From: Balanoglossus misakiensis
Lineage: Eukaryota; Animalia; Hemichordata
Direction: 5' to 3'
DNA length: 64,000 bases
Assembly (NCBI GenBank): GCA_040954595.2
Contig: CM082586.2
Location: 1-64,000, forward strand
Shown: positions 1-12,600 of the stretch, in pieces
How positions within the stretch are numbered: the first letter of the stretch is position 1
Layout of the letters: every line of letters starts with the position of its first letter
The notes under the pieces: model-generated
The model's database searches: none
What the model saw: the letters and a program-made list of their open reading frames with translations, nothing else
What the model was told of the DNA's origin: nothing
Position numbers and translations under genes: made by a program

Positions 1-21
1 AACCCTAACCCTAACCCTCAC

Positions 22-62
<41 letters not shown>

Positions 63-1510
63 CCCTAACCCTAACCCTAACCCTAACCCTAACCCTAACC
101 CTAACCCTAACCCTACCCTAACCCTAACCCTAACCCTAACCCTAACCCTAACCCTAACCCTAACCCTAACCCTAACCCTAACCCTAACCCTAACCCTAAC
201 CCTAACCCTAACCTAACCCTAACCCTAACCCTAACCCTAACCTAACCCTAACCCTAACCCTAACCCTAACCCTAACCCTAACCCTAACCCTAACCCTAAC
301 CCTAACCCTAACCCTAACCCTAACCCTAACCCTAACCCTAACCCTAACCCTAACCCTAACCCTAACCCTAACCCTAACCCTAACCCTAACCCTAACCCTA
401 ACCCTAACCCTAACCCTAACCCTAACCCTAACCCTAACCCTAACCCTAACCCTAACCCTAACCCTAACCCTAACCCTAACCCTAACCCTAACCCTAACCC
501 TAACCCTAACCCTAACCCTAACCCTAACCCTAACCCTAACCCTAACCCTAACCCTAACCCTAACCCTAACCCTAACCCTAACCCTAACCCTAACCCTAAC
601 CCTAACCCTAACCCTAACCCTAACCCTAACCCTAACCCTAACCCTAACCCTAACCCTAACCCTAACCCTAACCCTAACCCTAACCCTAACCCTAACCCTA
701 ACCCTAACCCTAACCCTAACCCTAACCCTAACCCTAACCCTAACCCTAACCCTAACCCTAACCCTAACCCTAACCCTAACCCTAACCCTAACCCTAACCC
801 TAACCCTAACCCTAACCCTAACCCTAACCCTAACCCTAACCCTAACCCTAACCCTAACCCTAACCCTAACCCTAACCCTAACCCTAACCCTAACCCTAAC
901 CCTAACCCTAACCCTAACCCTAACCCTAACCCTAACCCTAACCCTAACCCTAACCCTAACCCTAACCCTAACCCTAACCCTAACCCTAACCCTAACCCTA
1001 ACCCTAACCCTAACCCTAACCCTAACCCTAACCCTAACCCTAACCCTAACCCTAACCCTAACCCTAACCCTAACCCTAACCCTAACCCTAACCCTAACCC
1101 TAACCCTAACCCTAACCCTAACCCTAACCCTAACCCTAACCCTAACCCTAACCCTAACCCTAACCCTAACCCTAACCCTAACCCTAACCCTAACCCTAAC
1201 CCTAACCCTAACCCTAACCCTAACCCTAACCCTAACCCTAACCCTAACCCTAACCCTAACCCTAACCCTAACCCTAACCCTAACCCTAACCCTAACCCTA
1301 ACCCTAACCCTAACCCTAACCCTAACCCTAACCCTAACCCTAACCCTAACCCTAACCCTAACCCTAACCCTAACCCTAACCCTAACCCTAACCCTAACCC
1401 TAACCCTAACCCTAACCCTAACCCTAACCCTAACCCTAACCCTAACCCTAACCCTAACCCTAACCCTAACCCTAACCCTAACCCTAACCCTAACCCTAAC
1501 CCTAACCCTA
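1..1510 (-). repeat. Terminal telomere, (TTAGGG)n on the minus strand / (CCCTAA)n on the plus strand
   Basis: About 250 near-perfect CCCTAA hexamers from base 1. The few single-base irregularities are all in the first ~240 nt. The orientation is that of a left chromosome end. Confidence 0.99.
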
Positions 1511-3474
1511 GCCGAGGAGCCCTGGACTGGAGACCTAACCCTAATCCTAACCCCAGACTGCAACCCTAACCCTAATCCTAGCCGAGGAGCCCTGGACTGG
1601 AGACCTAACCCTAATCCTAACCCCAGACTGCAACCCTAACCCTAATCCTAGCCGAGGAGCCCTGGACTGGAGACCTAACCCTAATCCTAACCCCAGACTG
1701 CAACCCTAACCCTAATCCTAGCCGAGGAGCCCTGGACTGGAGACCTAACCCTAATCCTAACCCCAGACTGCAACCCTAACCCTAATCCTAGCCGAGGAGC
1801 CCTGGACTGGAGACCTAACCCTAATCCTAACCCCAGACTGCAACCCTAACCCTAATCCTAGCCGAGGAGCCCTGGACTGGAGACCTAACCCTAATCCTAA
1901 CCCCAGACTGCAACCCTAACCCTAATCCTAGCCGAGGAGCCCTGGACTGGAGACCTAACCCTAATCCTAACCCCAGACTGCAACCCTAACCCTAATCCTA
2001 GCCGAGGAGCCCTGGACTGGAGACCTAACCCTAATCCTAACCCCAGACTGCAACCCTAACCCTAATCCTAGCCGAGGAGCCCTGGACTGGAGACCTAATC
2101 CTAACCCCAGACTGCAACCCTAACCCTAATCCTAGCCGAGGAGCCCTGGACTGGAGACCTAACCCTAATCCTAACCCCAGACTGCAACCCTAACCCTAAT
2201 CCTAGCCGAGGAGCCCTGGACTGGAGACCTAACCCTAATCCTAACCCCAGACTGCAACCCTAATCCTAGCCGAGGAGCCCTGGACTGGAGACCTAACCCT
2301 AATCCTAACCCCAGACTGCAACCCTAATCCTAGCCGAGGAGCCCTGGACTGGAGACCTAACCCTAATCCTAACCCCAGACTGCAACCCTAATCCTAGCCG
2401 AGGAGCCCTGGACTGGAGACCTAACCCTAATCCTAACCCCAGACTGCAACCCTAATCCTAGCCGAGGAGCCCTGGACTGGAGACCTAACCCTAATCCTAA
2501 CCCCAGACTGCAACCCTAATCCTAGCCGAGGAGCCCTGGACTGGAGACCTAACCCTAATCCTAACCCCAGACTGCAACCCTAATCCTAGCCGAGGAGCCC
2601 TGGACTGTAGACCTAACCCTAATCCTAACCCCAGACTGCAACCCTAACCCTAGCCGAGGAGCCCTGGACTGGAGACCTAACCCTAATCCTAACCCCAGAC
2701 TGCAACCCTAACCCTAGCCGAGGAGCCCTGGACTGGAGACCTAACCCTAATCCTAACCCCAGACTGCAACCCTAACCCTAATCCTAGCCGAGGAGCCCTG
2801 GACTGGAGACCTAACCCTAATCCTAACCCCAGACTGCAACCCTAACCCTAATCCTAGCCGAGGAGCCCTGGACTGGAGACCTAACCCTAATCCTAACCCC
2901 AGACTGCAACCCTAACCCTAATCCTAGCCGAGGAGCCCTGGACTGGAGACCTAACCCTAATCCTAACCCCAGACTGCAACCCTAACCCTAATCCTAGCCG
3001 AGGAGCCCTGGACTGGAGACCTAACCCTAATCCTAACCCCAGACTGCAACCCTAACCCTAATCCTAGCCGAGGAGCCCTGGACTGGAGACCTAACCATAA
3101 TCCTAACCCCAGACTGCAACCCTAACCCTAATCCTAGCCGAGGAGCCCTGGACTGGAGACCTAACCCTAATCCTAACCCCAGACTGCAACCCTAACCCTA
3201 ATCCTAGCCGAGGAGCCCTGGACTGGAGACCTAACCCTAATCCTAACCCCAGACTGCAACCCTAACCCTAATCCTAGCCGAGGAGCCCTGGACTGGAGAC
3301 CTAACCCTAATCCTAACCCCAGACTGCAACCCTAACCCTAATCCTAGCCGAGGAGCCCTGGACTGGAGACCTAACCCTAATCCTAACCCCAGACTGCAAC
3401 CCTAACCCTAATCCTAGCCGAGGAGCCCTGGACTGGAGGCCTAACCCTAATCCTAACCCCAGACTGGAACTCTA
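1511..3474. repeat. Telomere-associated 70/64-bp tandem repeat, 29 copies
   Basis: Unit GCCGAGGAGCCCTGGACTGGAGACCTAACCCTAATCCTAACCCCAGACTGCAACCCTAACCCTAATCCTA starts at 1511, 1581, 1651 and so on. The 64-bp variants lack one telomere-like hexamer. Confidence 0.97.
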
Positions 3475-3530
3475 AGGGGGCCGGGTTGCCCTCCACTTCC
3501 TGTCGTAACGGCGCGGTCAATGGGGGCCAG

Positions 3531-6500
3531 GTTGGCCTCCGCTTCCGGCCGTAGCCTGGCGGTCGAAGGGGTTGGGTATCAGGTTGGCCTCCGCTTCCGG
3601 CCGTAGCCTGGCGGTCGAAGGGGTTGGGTATCAGGTTGGCCTCCGCTTCCGGCCGTAGCCTGGCGGTCGAAGGGGTTGGGTATCAGGTTGGCCTCCGCTT
3701 CCGGCCGTAGCCTGGCGGTCGAAGGGGTTGGGTATAAGTTTGGCCTCCGCTTCCGGCCGTAGCCTGGCGGTCGAAGGGGTTGGGTATCAGGTTGGCCTCC
3801 GCTTCCGGCCGTAGCCTGGCGGTCGAAGGGGTTGGGTATCAGGTTGGCCTCCGCTTCCGGCCGTAGCCTGGCGGTCGAAGGGGTTGGGTATCAGGTTGGC
3901 CTCCGCTTCCGGCCGTAGCCTGGCGGTCGAAGGGGTTGGGTATCAGGTTGGCCTCCGCTTCCGGCCGTAGCCTGGCGGTCGAAGGGGTTGGGTATCAGGT
4001 TGGCCTCCGCTTCCGGCCGTAGCCTGGCGGTCGAAGGGGTTGGGTATCAGGTTGGCCTCCGCTTCCGGCCGTAGCCTGGCGGTCGAAGGGGTTGGGTATC
4101 AGGTTGGCCTCCGCTTCCGGCCGTAGCCTGGCGGTCGAAGGGGTTGGGTATCAGGTTGGCCTCCGCTTCCGGCCGTAGCCTGGCGGTCGAAGGGGTTGGG
4201 TGTCAGGTTGGCCTCCGCTTCCGGCCGTAGCCTGGCGGTCGAAGGGGTTGGGTTTCAGGTTGGCCTCCGCTTCCGGCCGTAGCCTGGCGGTCGAAGGGGT
4301 TGGGTATCAGGTTGGCCTCCGCTTCCGGCCGTAGCCTGGCGGTCGAAGGGGTTGGGTATCAGTTTGGCCTCCGCTTCCGGCCGTAGCCTGGCGGTCGAAG
4401 GGGTTGGGTATCAGTTTGGCCTCCGCTTCCAGCCGTAGCCTGGCGGTCGAAGGGGTTGGGTATCAGGTTGGCCTCCGCTTCCGGCCGTAGCCTGGCGGTC
4501 GAAGGGGTTGGGTATCAGGTTGGCCTCCGCTTCCGGCCGTAGCCTGGCGGTCGAAGGGGTTGGGTATCAGGTTGGCCTCCGCTTCCGGCCGTAGCCTGGC
4601 GGTCGAAGGGGTTGGGTATCAGGTTGGCCTCCGCTTCCGGCCGTAGCCTGGCGGTCGAAGGGGTTGGGTATCAGGTTGGCCTCCGCTTCCGGCCGTAGCC
4701 TGGCGGTCGAAGGGGTTGGGTATCAGGTTGGCCTCCGCTTCCGGCCGTAGCCTGGCGGTCGATGGGGTTGGGTATCAGGTTGGCCTCCGCTTCCGGCCGT
4801 AGCCTGGCGGTCGAAGGGGTTGGGTATCAGGTTGGCCTCCGCTTCCGGCCGTAGCCTGGCGGTCGAAGGGGTTGGGTATCAGGTTGGCCTCCGCTTCCGG
4901 CCGTAGCCTGGCGGTCGAAGGGGTTGGGTATCAGGTTGGCCTCCGCTTCCGGCCGTAGCCTGGCGGTCGAAGGGGTTGGGTATCAGGTTGGCCTCCGCTT
5001 CCGGCCGTAGCCTGGCGGTCGAAGGGGTTGGGTATCAGGTTGGCCTCCGCTTCCGGCCGTAACCTGGCGGTCGAAGGGGTTGGGTATCAGGTTGGCCTCC
5101 GCTTCCGGCCGTAGCCTGGCGGTCGAAGGGGTTGGGTATCAGGTTGGCCTCCGCTTCCGGCCGTAGCCTGGCGGTCGAAGGGGTTGGGTATCAGGTTGGC
5201 CTCCGCTTCCGGCCGTAGCCTGGCGGTCGAAGGGGTTGGGTATCAGGTTGGCCTCCGCTTCCGGCCGTAGCCTGGCGGTCGAAGGGGTTGGGTATCAGGT
5301 TGGCCTCCGCTTCCGGCCGTAGCCTGGCGGTCGAAGGGGTTGGGTATCAGGTTGGCCTCCGCTTCCGGCCGTAGCCTGGCGGTCGAAGGGGTTGGGTATC
5401 AGGTTGGCCTCCGCTTCCGGCCGTAGCCTGGCGGTCGAAGGGGTTGGGTATCAGGTTGGCCTCCGCTTCCGGCCGTAGCCTGGCGGTCGAAGGGGTTGGG
5501 TATCAGGTTGGCCTCCGCTTCCGGCCGTAGCCTGGCGGTCGAAGGGGTTGGGTATCAGGTTGGCCTCCGCTTCCGGCCGTAGCCTGGCGGTCGAAGGGGT
5601 TGGGTATCAGGTTGGCCTCCGCTTCCGGCCGTAGCCTGGCGGTCGAAGGGGTTGGGTATCAGGTTGGCCTCCGCTTCCGGCCGTAGCCTGGCGGTCGAAG
5701 GGGTTGGGTATCAGGTTGGCCTCCGCTTCCGGCCGTAGCCTGGCGGTCGAAGGGGTTGGGTATCAGGTTGGCCTCCGCTTCCGGCCGTAGCCTGGCGGTC
5801 GAAGGGGTTGGGTATCAGGTTGGCCTCCGCTTCCGGCCGTAGCCTGGCGGTCGAAGGGGTTGGGTATCAGGTTGGCCTCCGCTTCCGGCCGTAGCCTGGC
5901 GGTCGAAGGGGTTGGGTATCAGGTTGGCCTCCGCTTCCGGCCGTAGCCTGGCGGTCGAAGGGGTTGGGTATCAGGTTGGCCTCCGCTTCCGGCCGTAGCC
6001 TGGCGGTCGAAGGGGTTGGGTATCAGGTTGGCCTCCGCTTCCGGCCGTAGCCTGGCGGTCGAAGGGGTTGGGTATCAGGTTGGCCTCCGCTTCCGGCCGT
6101 AGCCTGGCGGTCGAAGGGGTTGGGTATCAGGTTGGCCTCCGCTTCCGGCCGTAGCCTGGCGGTCGAAGGGGTTGGGTATCAGGTTGGCCTCCGCTTCCGG
6201 CCGTAGCCTGGCGGTCGAAAGGGTTGGGTATCAGGTTGGCCTCCGCTTCCGGCCGTAGCCTGGCGGTCGAAGGGGTTGGGTATCAGGTTGGCCTCCGCTT
6301 CCGGCCGTAGCCTGGCGGTCGAAGGGGTTGGGTATCAGGTTGGCCTCCGCTTCCGGCCGTAGCCTGGCGGTCGAAGGGGTTGGGTATCAGGTTGGCCTCC
6401 GCTTCCGGCCGTAGCCTGGCGGTCGAAGGGGTTGGGTATCAGGTTGGCCTCCGCTTCCGGCCGTAGCCTGGCGGTCGAAGGGGTTGGGTATCAGGTTGGC

Positions 6501-6960
6501 CTCCGCTTCCGGCCGTAGCCTGGCGGTCGAAGGGGTTGGGTATCAGGTTGGCCTCCGCTTCCGGCCGTAGCCTGGCGGTCGAAGGGGTTGGGTATCTGGT
6601 TGGCCTCCGCTTCCGGCCGTAGCCTGGCGGTCGAAGGGGTTGGGTATCAGGTTGGCCTCCGCTTCCGGCCGTAGCCTGGCGGTCGAAGGGGTTGGGTATC
6701 AGGTTGGCCTCCGCTTCCGGCCGTAGCCTGGCGGTCGAAGGGGTTGGGTATCAGGTTGGCCTCCGCTTCCGGCCGTAGCCTGGCGGTCGAAGGGGTTGGG
6801 TATCAGGTTGGCCTCCACTTCCGGCCGTAGCCTGGCGGTCGAAGGGGTTGGGTATCAGGTTGGCCTCCACTTCCGGCCGTAGCCTGGCGGTCGAAGGGGT
6901 TGGGTATCAGGTTGGCCTCCACTTCCGGCCGTAGCCTGGCGGTCGAAGGGGTTGGGTATC
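3531..6960. repeat. 52-bp GC-rich subtelomeric minisatellite, block 1 (~66 copies)
   Basis: Unit GTTGGCCTCCGCTTCCGGCCGTAGCCTGGCGGTCGAAGGGGTTGGGTATCAG with period 52 (3531, 3583 and so on). The copies are very homogeneous. Confidence 0.97.
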
Positions 6961-7440
6961 TGGTTGGCGTGGTGAATCCGGGCCAAGTTGCCGGCGACTT
7001 CCGGTCGTAACGGCGCGGTGAATCTGGGCCAAGTTGCCGGCGACTTCCGGTCGTAACGGCGAGGTGAATCTGGGCCAAGTTGCCGGCGACTTCCGGTCGT
7101 AACGGCGCAAGAATCTGGGCCAAGTTGCCGGAGACTTCCTGTGAATCCGGGCCAAGTTGCGGCAACTTCCGGTCGTAACGGCGCGGTGAATCAGGGCCAA
7201 GTTGCCGGCGACTTCCGGTGGTAACGGTGCGGTGAATCTGGGCCAAGTTGCCGGCGACTTCCGGTCGTAACGGCGCAAGAATCTGGGCCAAGTTGCCGGA
7301 GACTTCCTGTGAATCCGCGCCAAGTTGCGGCGACTTCCGGTCGTAACAGCGCGGTGAATCAGGGCCAAGTTGCCGGCGACTTCCAGTGGTAACGGCGCGG
7401 TGAATCTGGGCCAAGTTGCCGGCGACTTCCGGTCGTAACG
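6961..7440. repeat. Island of the 46/32-bp minisatellite inside the 52-bp array
   Basis: GCCAAGTTGCCGGCGACTTCCGGTCGTAACGGCGCGGTGAATCTGG units with period 46 (6982, 7028). Confidence 0.95.
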
Positions 7441-8390
7441 AAGGGGTTGGGTATCAGGTTGGCCTCCACTTCCGGCCGTAGCCTGACGGTCGAAGGGGTT
7501 GGGTATCAGGTTGGCCTCCACTTCCGGCCGTAGCCTGGCGGTCGAAGGGGTTGGGTATCAGGTTGGCCTCCACTTCCGGCCGTAGCCTGGCGGTCGAAGG
7601 GGTTGGGTATCAGGTTGGCCTCCACTTCCGGCCGTAGCCTGGCGGTCGAAGGGGTTGGGTATCAGGTTGGCCTCCACTTCCGGCCGTAGCCTGGCGGTCG
7701 AAGGGGTTGGGTATCAGGTTGGCCTCCACTTCCGGCCGTAGCCTGGCGGTCGAAGGGGTTGGGTATCAGGTTGGCCTCCACTTCCGGCCGTAGCCTGGCG
7801 GTCGAAGGGGTTGGGTATCAGGTTGGCCTCCGCTTCCGGCCGTAGCCTGGCGGTCGAAGGGGTTGGGTATCAGGTTGGCCTCCGCTTCCGGCCGTAGCCT
7901 GGCGGTCGAAGGGGTTGGGTATCAGGTTGGCCTCCGCTTCCGGCCGTAGCCTGGCGGTCGAAGGGGTTGGGTATCAGGTTGGCCTCCACTTCCGGCCGTA
8001 GCCTGGCGGTCGAAGGGGTTGGGTATCAGGTTGGCCTCCACTTCCGGCCGTAGCCTGGCGGTCGAAGGGGTTGGTTATCAGGTTGGCCTCCACTTCCGGC
8101 CGTAGCCTGGCGGTCGAAGGGGTTGGGTATCAGGTTGGCCTCCACTTCCGGCCGTAGCCTGGCGGTCGAAGGGGTTGGGTATCAGGTTGGCCTCCACTTC
8201 CGGCCGTAGCCTGGCGGTCGAAGGGGTTGGGTATCAGGTTGGCCTCCACTTCCGGCCGTAGCCTGGCGGTCGAAGGGGTTGGGTATCAGGTTGGCCTCCA
8301 CTTCCGGCCGTAGCCTGGCGGTCGAAGGGGTTGGGTATCAGGTTGGCCTCCACTTCCGGCCGTAGCCTGGCGGTCGAAGGGGTTGGGTAT
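7441..8390. repeat. 52-bp minisatellite, block 2
   Basis: Same 52-bp unit, mostly the CTCCACTTCC variant. Confidence 0.95.
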
Positions 8391-8825
8391 CTGGTTGGCG
8401 TGGTGAATCCGGGCCAAGTTGCCGGCGACTTCCGGTCGTAACGGCGCGGTGAATCTGGGCCAAGTTGCCGGCGACTTCCGGTCGTAACGGCGCAAGAATC
8501 TGGGCCAAGTTGCCGGAGACTTCCTGTGAATCCGGGCCAAGTTGCGGCAACTTCCGGTCGTAACGGCGCGGTGAATCAGGGCCAAGTTGCCGGCGACTTC
8601 AGGTGGTAACGGTGCGGTGAATCTGGGCCAAGTTGCCGGCGACTTCCGGTCGTAACGGTGCAAGAATCTGGGCCAAGTTGCCGGAGACTTCCTGTGAATC
8701 CGGGCCAAGTTGCGGCGACTTCCGGTCGTAACAGCGCGGTGAATCAGGGCCAAGTTGCCGGCGACTTCCAGTGGTAACGGCGCGGTGAATCTGGGCCAAG
8801 TTGCCGGCGACTTCCGGTCGTAACG
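8391..8825. repeat. Second island of the 46/32-bp minisatellite
   Basis: Near copy of 6961-7440 with the same left and right junction sequences. Confidence 0.95.
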
Positions 8826-9672
8826 AAGGGGTTGGGTATCAGGTTGGCCTCCACTTCCGGCCGTAGCCTGGCGGTCGAAGGGGTTGGGTATCAGGTTGGC
8901 CTCCACTTCCGGCCGTAGCCTGGCGGTCGAAGGGGTTGGGTATCAGGTTGGCCTCCACTTCCGGCCGTAGCCTGGCGGTCGAAGGGGTTGGGTATCAGGT
9001 TGGCCTCCACTTCCGGCCGTAGCCTGGCGGTCGAAGGGGTTGGGTATCAGGTTGGCCTCCACTTCCGGCCGTAGCCTGGCGGTCGAAGGGGTTGGGTATC
9101 AGGTTGGCCTCCACTTCCGGCCGTAGCCTGGCGGTCGAAGGGGTTGGGTATCAGGTTGGCCTCCACTTCCGGCCGTAGCCTGGCGGTCGAAGGGGTTGGG
9201 TATCAGTTTGGCCTCCACTTCCGGCCGTAGCCTGGCGGTCGAAGGGGTTGGGTATCAGTTTGGCCTCCACTTCCGGCCGTAGCCTGGCGGTCGAAGGGGT
9301 TGGGTATCAGGTTGGCCTCCACTTCCGGCCGTAGCCTGGCGGTCGAAGGGGTTGGGTATCTGGTTGGCCTCCACTTCCGGCCGTAGCCTGGCGGTCGAAG
9401 GGGTTGGGTATCAGGTTGGCCTCCACTTCCGGCCGTAGCCTGGCGGTCGAAGGGGTTGGGTATCAGGTTGGCCTCCACTTCCGGCCGTAGCCTGGCGGTC
9501 GAAGGGGTTGGGTATCTGGTTGGCCTCCACTTCCGGCCGTAGCCTGGCGGTCGAAGGGGTTGGGTATCTGGTTGGCCTCCACTTCCGGCCGTAGCCTGGC
9601 GGTCGAAGGGGTTGGGTATCAGGTTGGCCTCCACTTCCGGCCGTAGCCTGGCGGTCGAAGGGGTTGGGTATC
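8826..9672. repeat. 52-bp minisatellite, block 3
   Basis: 52-bp unit, CTCCACTTCC variant. Confidence 0.95.
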
Positions 9673-12600
9673 TGGTTGGCGTGGTGAATCCGGGCCAAGT
9701 TGCCGGCGACTTCCGGTCGTAACGGCGCGGTGAATCTGGGCCAAGTTGCCGGCGACTTCCGGTCGTAACGGCGCAAGAATCTGGGCCAAGTTGCCGGAGA
9801 CTTCCTGTGAATCCGGGCCAAGTTGCGGCAACTTCCGGTCGTAACGGCGCGGTGAATCAGGGCCAAGTTGCCGGCGACTTCCGGTGGTAACGGTGCGGTG
9901 AATCTGGGCCAAGTTGCCGGCGACTTCCGGTCGTAACGGCGCAAGAATCTGGGCCAAGTTGCCGGAGACTTCCTGTGAATCCGGGCCAAGTTGCGGCGAC
10001 TTCCGGTCGTAACAGCGCGGTGAATCAGGGCCAAGTTGCCGGCGACTTCCTGTGGTAATGGCGCGGTGAATCTGGGCCAAGTTGATGGCGACTTCATGTG
10101 AATCCGGGCCAAGTTGCGGCGACTTCCGGTCGTAACGGCGCGGTGAATCCGTGCCAAGTTGCCGGCGACTTCCGGTCGTAACGGCGCGGTGAATCCGGGC
10201 AAAGTTGCGGCGACTTCCGGTCGTAACGGCGCGGTGAATCCAGGCCAAGTTGCCGGCGACTTCCGGTCGTAACGGCGCGTTGAATCTGGGCCAAGTTGCC
10301 GTTGATTTCCTGTGGTAACGGAGCGGTGAATCTGGGCCAAGTTGATGGCGACTTCCTGTGAATCCGGGCCAAGTTGCCGGCGACTTCCGGTCGTGACGGT
10401 GCGGTGAATCCGGGCAAAGTTGCCGGCGACTTCCGGTCGTAACGACGCGGTGAATCCGGGCCAAGTTGCCGGCGACTTCCGGTGGTAACGGCGTGGTGAA
10501 ACTGGGCCAAGTTGCCGGCGACTTCCTGTCGTAACGGCGCGGTGAATCCGGGCCAAGTTGATGGCGACTTCCTGTGAATCCGGGCCAAGTTGCCGGCGAC
10601 TTCCGATGGTAACGGCGCGGTGAAACTGGGCCAAGTTGCCGGATCTCCTGTCGTAACGGCGCGGTGAATCTGGGAAAAGTTGCCGGCGACTTCCGGTCGT
10701 AACGGCGCGGTGAATCAGGGCCAAGTTGCCGGCGACTTCCGGTGGTAACGGTGCGGTGAATCTGGGCCAAGTTGCCGGCGACTTCCGGTCGTAACGGCGC
10801 AAGAATCTGGGCCAAGTTGCCGGAGACTTCCTGTGAATCCGGGCCAAGTTGCGGCGACTTCCGGTCGTAACAGCGCGGTGAATCAGGGCCAAGTTGCCGG
10901 CGACTTCCTGTGGTAATGGCGCGGTGAATCTGGGCCAAGTTGATGGCGACTTCATGTGAATCCGGGCCAAGTTGCGGCGACTTCCGGTCGTAACGGCGCG
11001 GTGAATCCGGGCCAAGTTGCCGGCGACTTCCGGTCGTAACGGCGCGGTGAATCCGGGCAAAGTTGCGGCGACTTCCGGTCGTAACGGCGCGGTGAATCCA
11101 GGCCAAGTTGCCGGCGACTTCCGGTCGTAACGGCGCGTTGAATCTGGGCCAAGTTGCCGTTGATTTCCTGTGGTAACGGAGCGGTGAATCTGGGCCAAGT
11201 TGATGGCGACTTCCTGTGAATCCGGGCCAAGTTGCCGGCGACTTCCGGTCGTGACGGTGCGGTGAATCCGGGCAAAGTTGCCGGCGACTTCCGGTCGTAA
11301 CGACGCGGTGAATCCGGGCCAAGTTGCCGGCGACTTCCGGTGGTAACGGCGTGGTGAAACTGGGCCAAGTTGCCGGCGACTTCCTGTCGTAACGGCGCGG
11401 TGAATCCGGGCCAAGTTGATGGCGACTTCCTGTGAATCCGGGCCAAGTTGCCGGCGACTTCCGATGGTAACGGCGCGGTGAAACTGGGCCAAGTTGCCGG
11501 ATCTCCTGTCGTAACGGCGCGGTGAATCTGGGAAAAGTTGCCGGCGACTTCCGGTCGTAACGGCGCGGTGTATCCGGGCCAAGTTGCCGGCGACTTCCGG
11601 TGGTAATGGCGCGGTGAAACTGAGCCAAGTTGCCGGCGACTTCCTGTCGTAACGGCGCGGTGAATCTGGGCAAAGTTGCCGGCGACTTCCGGTCGTAACG
11701 GCGCGGTGAATCCGGGCCAAGTTGATGGCGACTTCCTGTGAATCCGGGCCAAGTTGCCGGCGACTTCCTGTCGTAACGGCGCGGTGAATCTGGGCCAAGT
11801 TGCCGGCGACTTCCGGTCGTAACGGCGCGGTGAATCTGGGCCAAGTTGCCGTTGATTTCCTGTGGTAACGGCGCGGTGAATCTGGGTCAAGTTGATGGCG
11901 ACTTCCTGTGAATCCGGGCCAAGTTGCCGGCGACTTCCGGTGGTAATGGCGCGGTGAAACTGAGCCAAGTTGCCGGCGACTTCCTGTCGTAACGGCGCGG
12001 TGAATCTGGGCAAAGTTGCCGGCGACTTCCGGTCGTAACGGCGCGGTGAATCCGGGCCAAGTTGATGGCGACTTCCTGTGAATCCGGGCGAAGTTGCCGG
12101 CGACTTCCTGTCGTAACGGCGCGGTGAATCTGGGCAAAGTTGCCGGCGACTTCCGGTCGTAACGGCGCGGTGAATCCGGGCCAAGTTGCCGGAGACTTCC
12201 TGTGAATCCAGGCCAAGTTGCCAGCGACTTCCGGTGGTAACGGCGCGGTGAAACTGGGCCAAGTTGCCGGCGACTTCCAGTCGTAACGGCGCCGTGAAAC
12301 TGGGCCAAGTTGCCGGCGACTTCCTGTCGTAACGGCGCGGTGAATCTGGGCAAAGTTGCCGGCGACTTCCGGTGGTAACCGCGCGGTGAATCCGGGCCAA
12401 GTTGCCGGCGACTTCCGGTGGTAATGGCGCGGTGAATCTGGCCCAAGTTGCTGGCGACTTCCTGTCGTAACGGCGCGGTGAATCTGGGCAAAGTTGCCGG
12501 CGACTTCCGGTCGTAACGGCGCGGTGAATCCGGGCCAAGTTAATGGCGACTTCCTGTGAATCCGGGCCAAGTTGCCGGCGACTTCCTGTCGTAACGGCGC

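Noticed and set aside
19-245. Variant hexamers at the telomere tip
   Set aside because: They are isolated single-base changes at the contig end, where consensus error is likely.
208-1563. 451-aa poly(VR) ORF
   Set aside because: It is a translation of (TTAGGG)n from a TTG start, not a gene. VR/GL dipeptide translation of telomeric RNA cannot be judged from DNA sequence alone.
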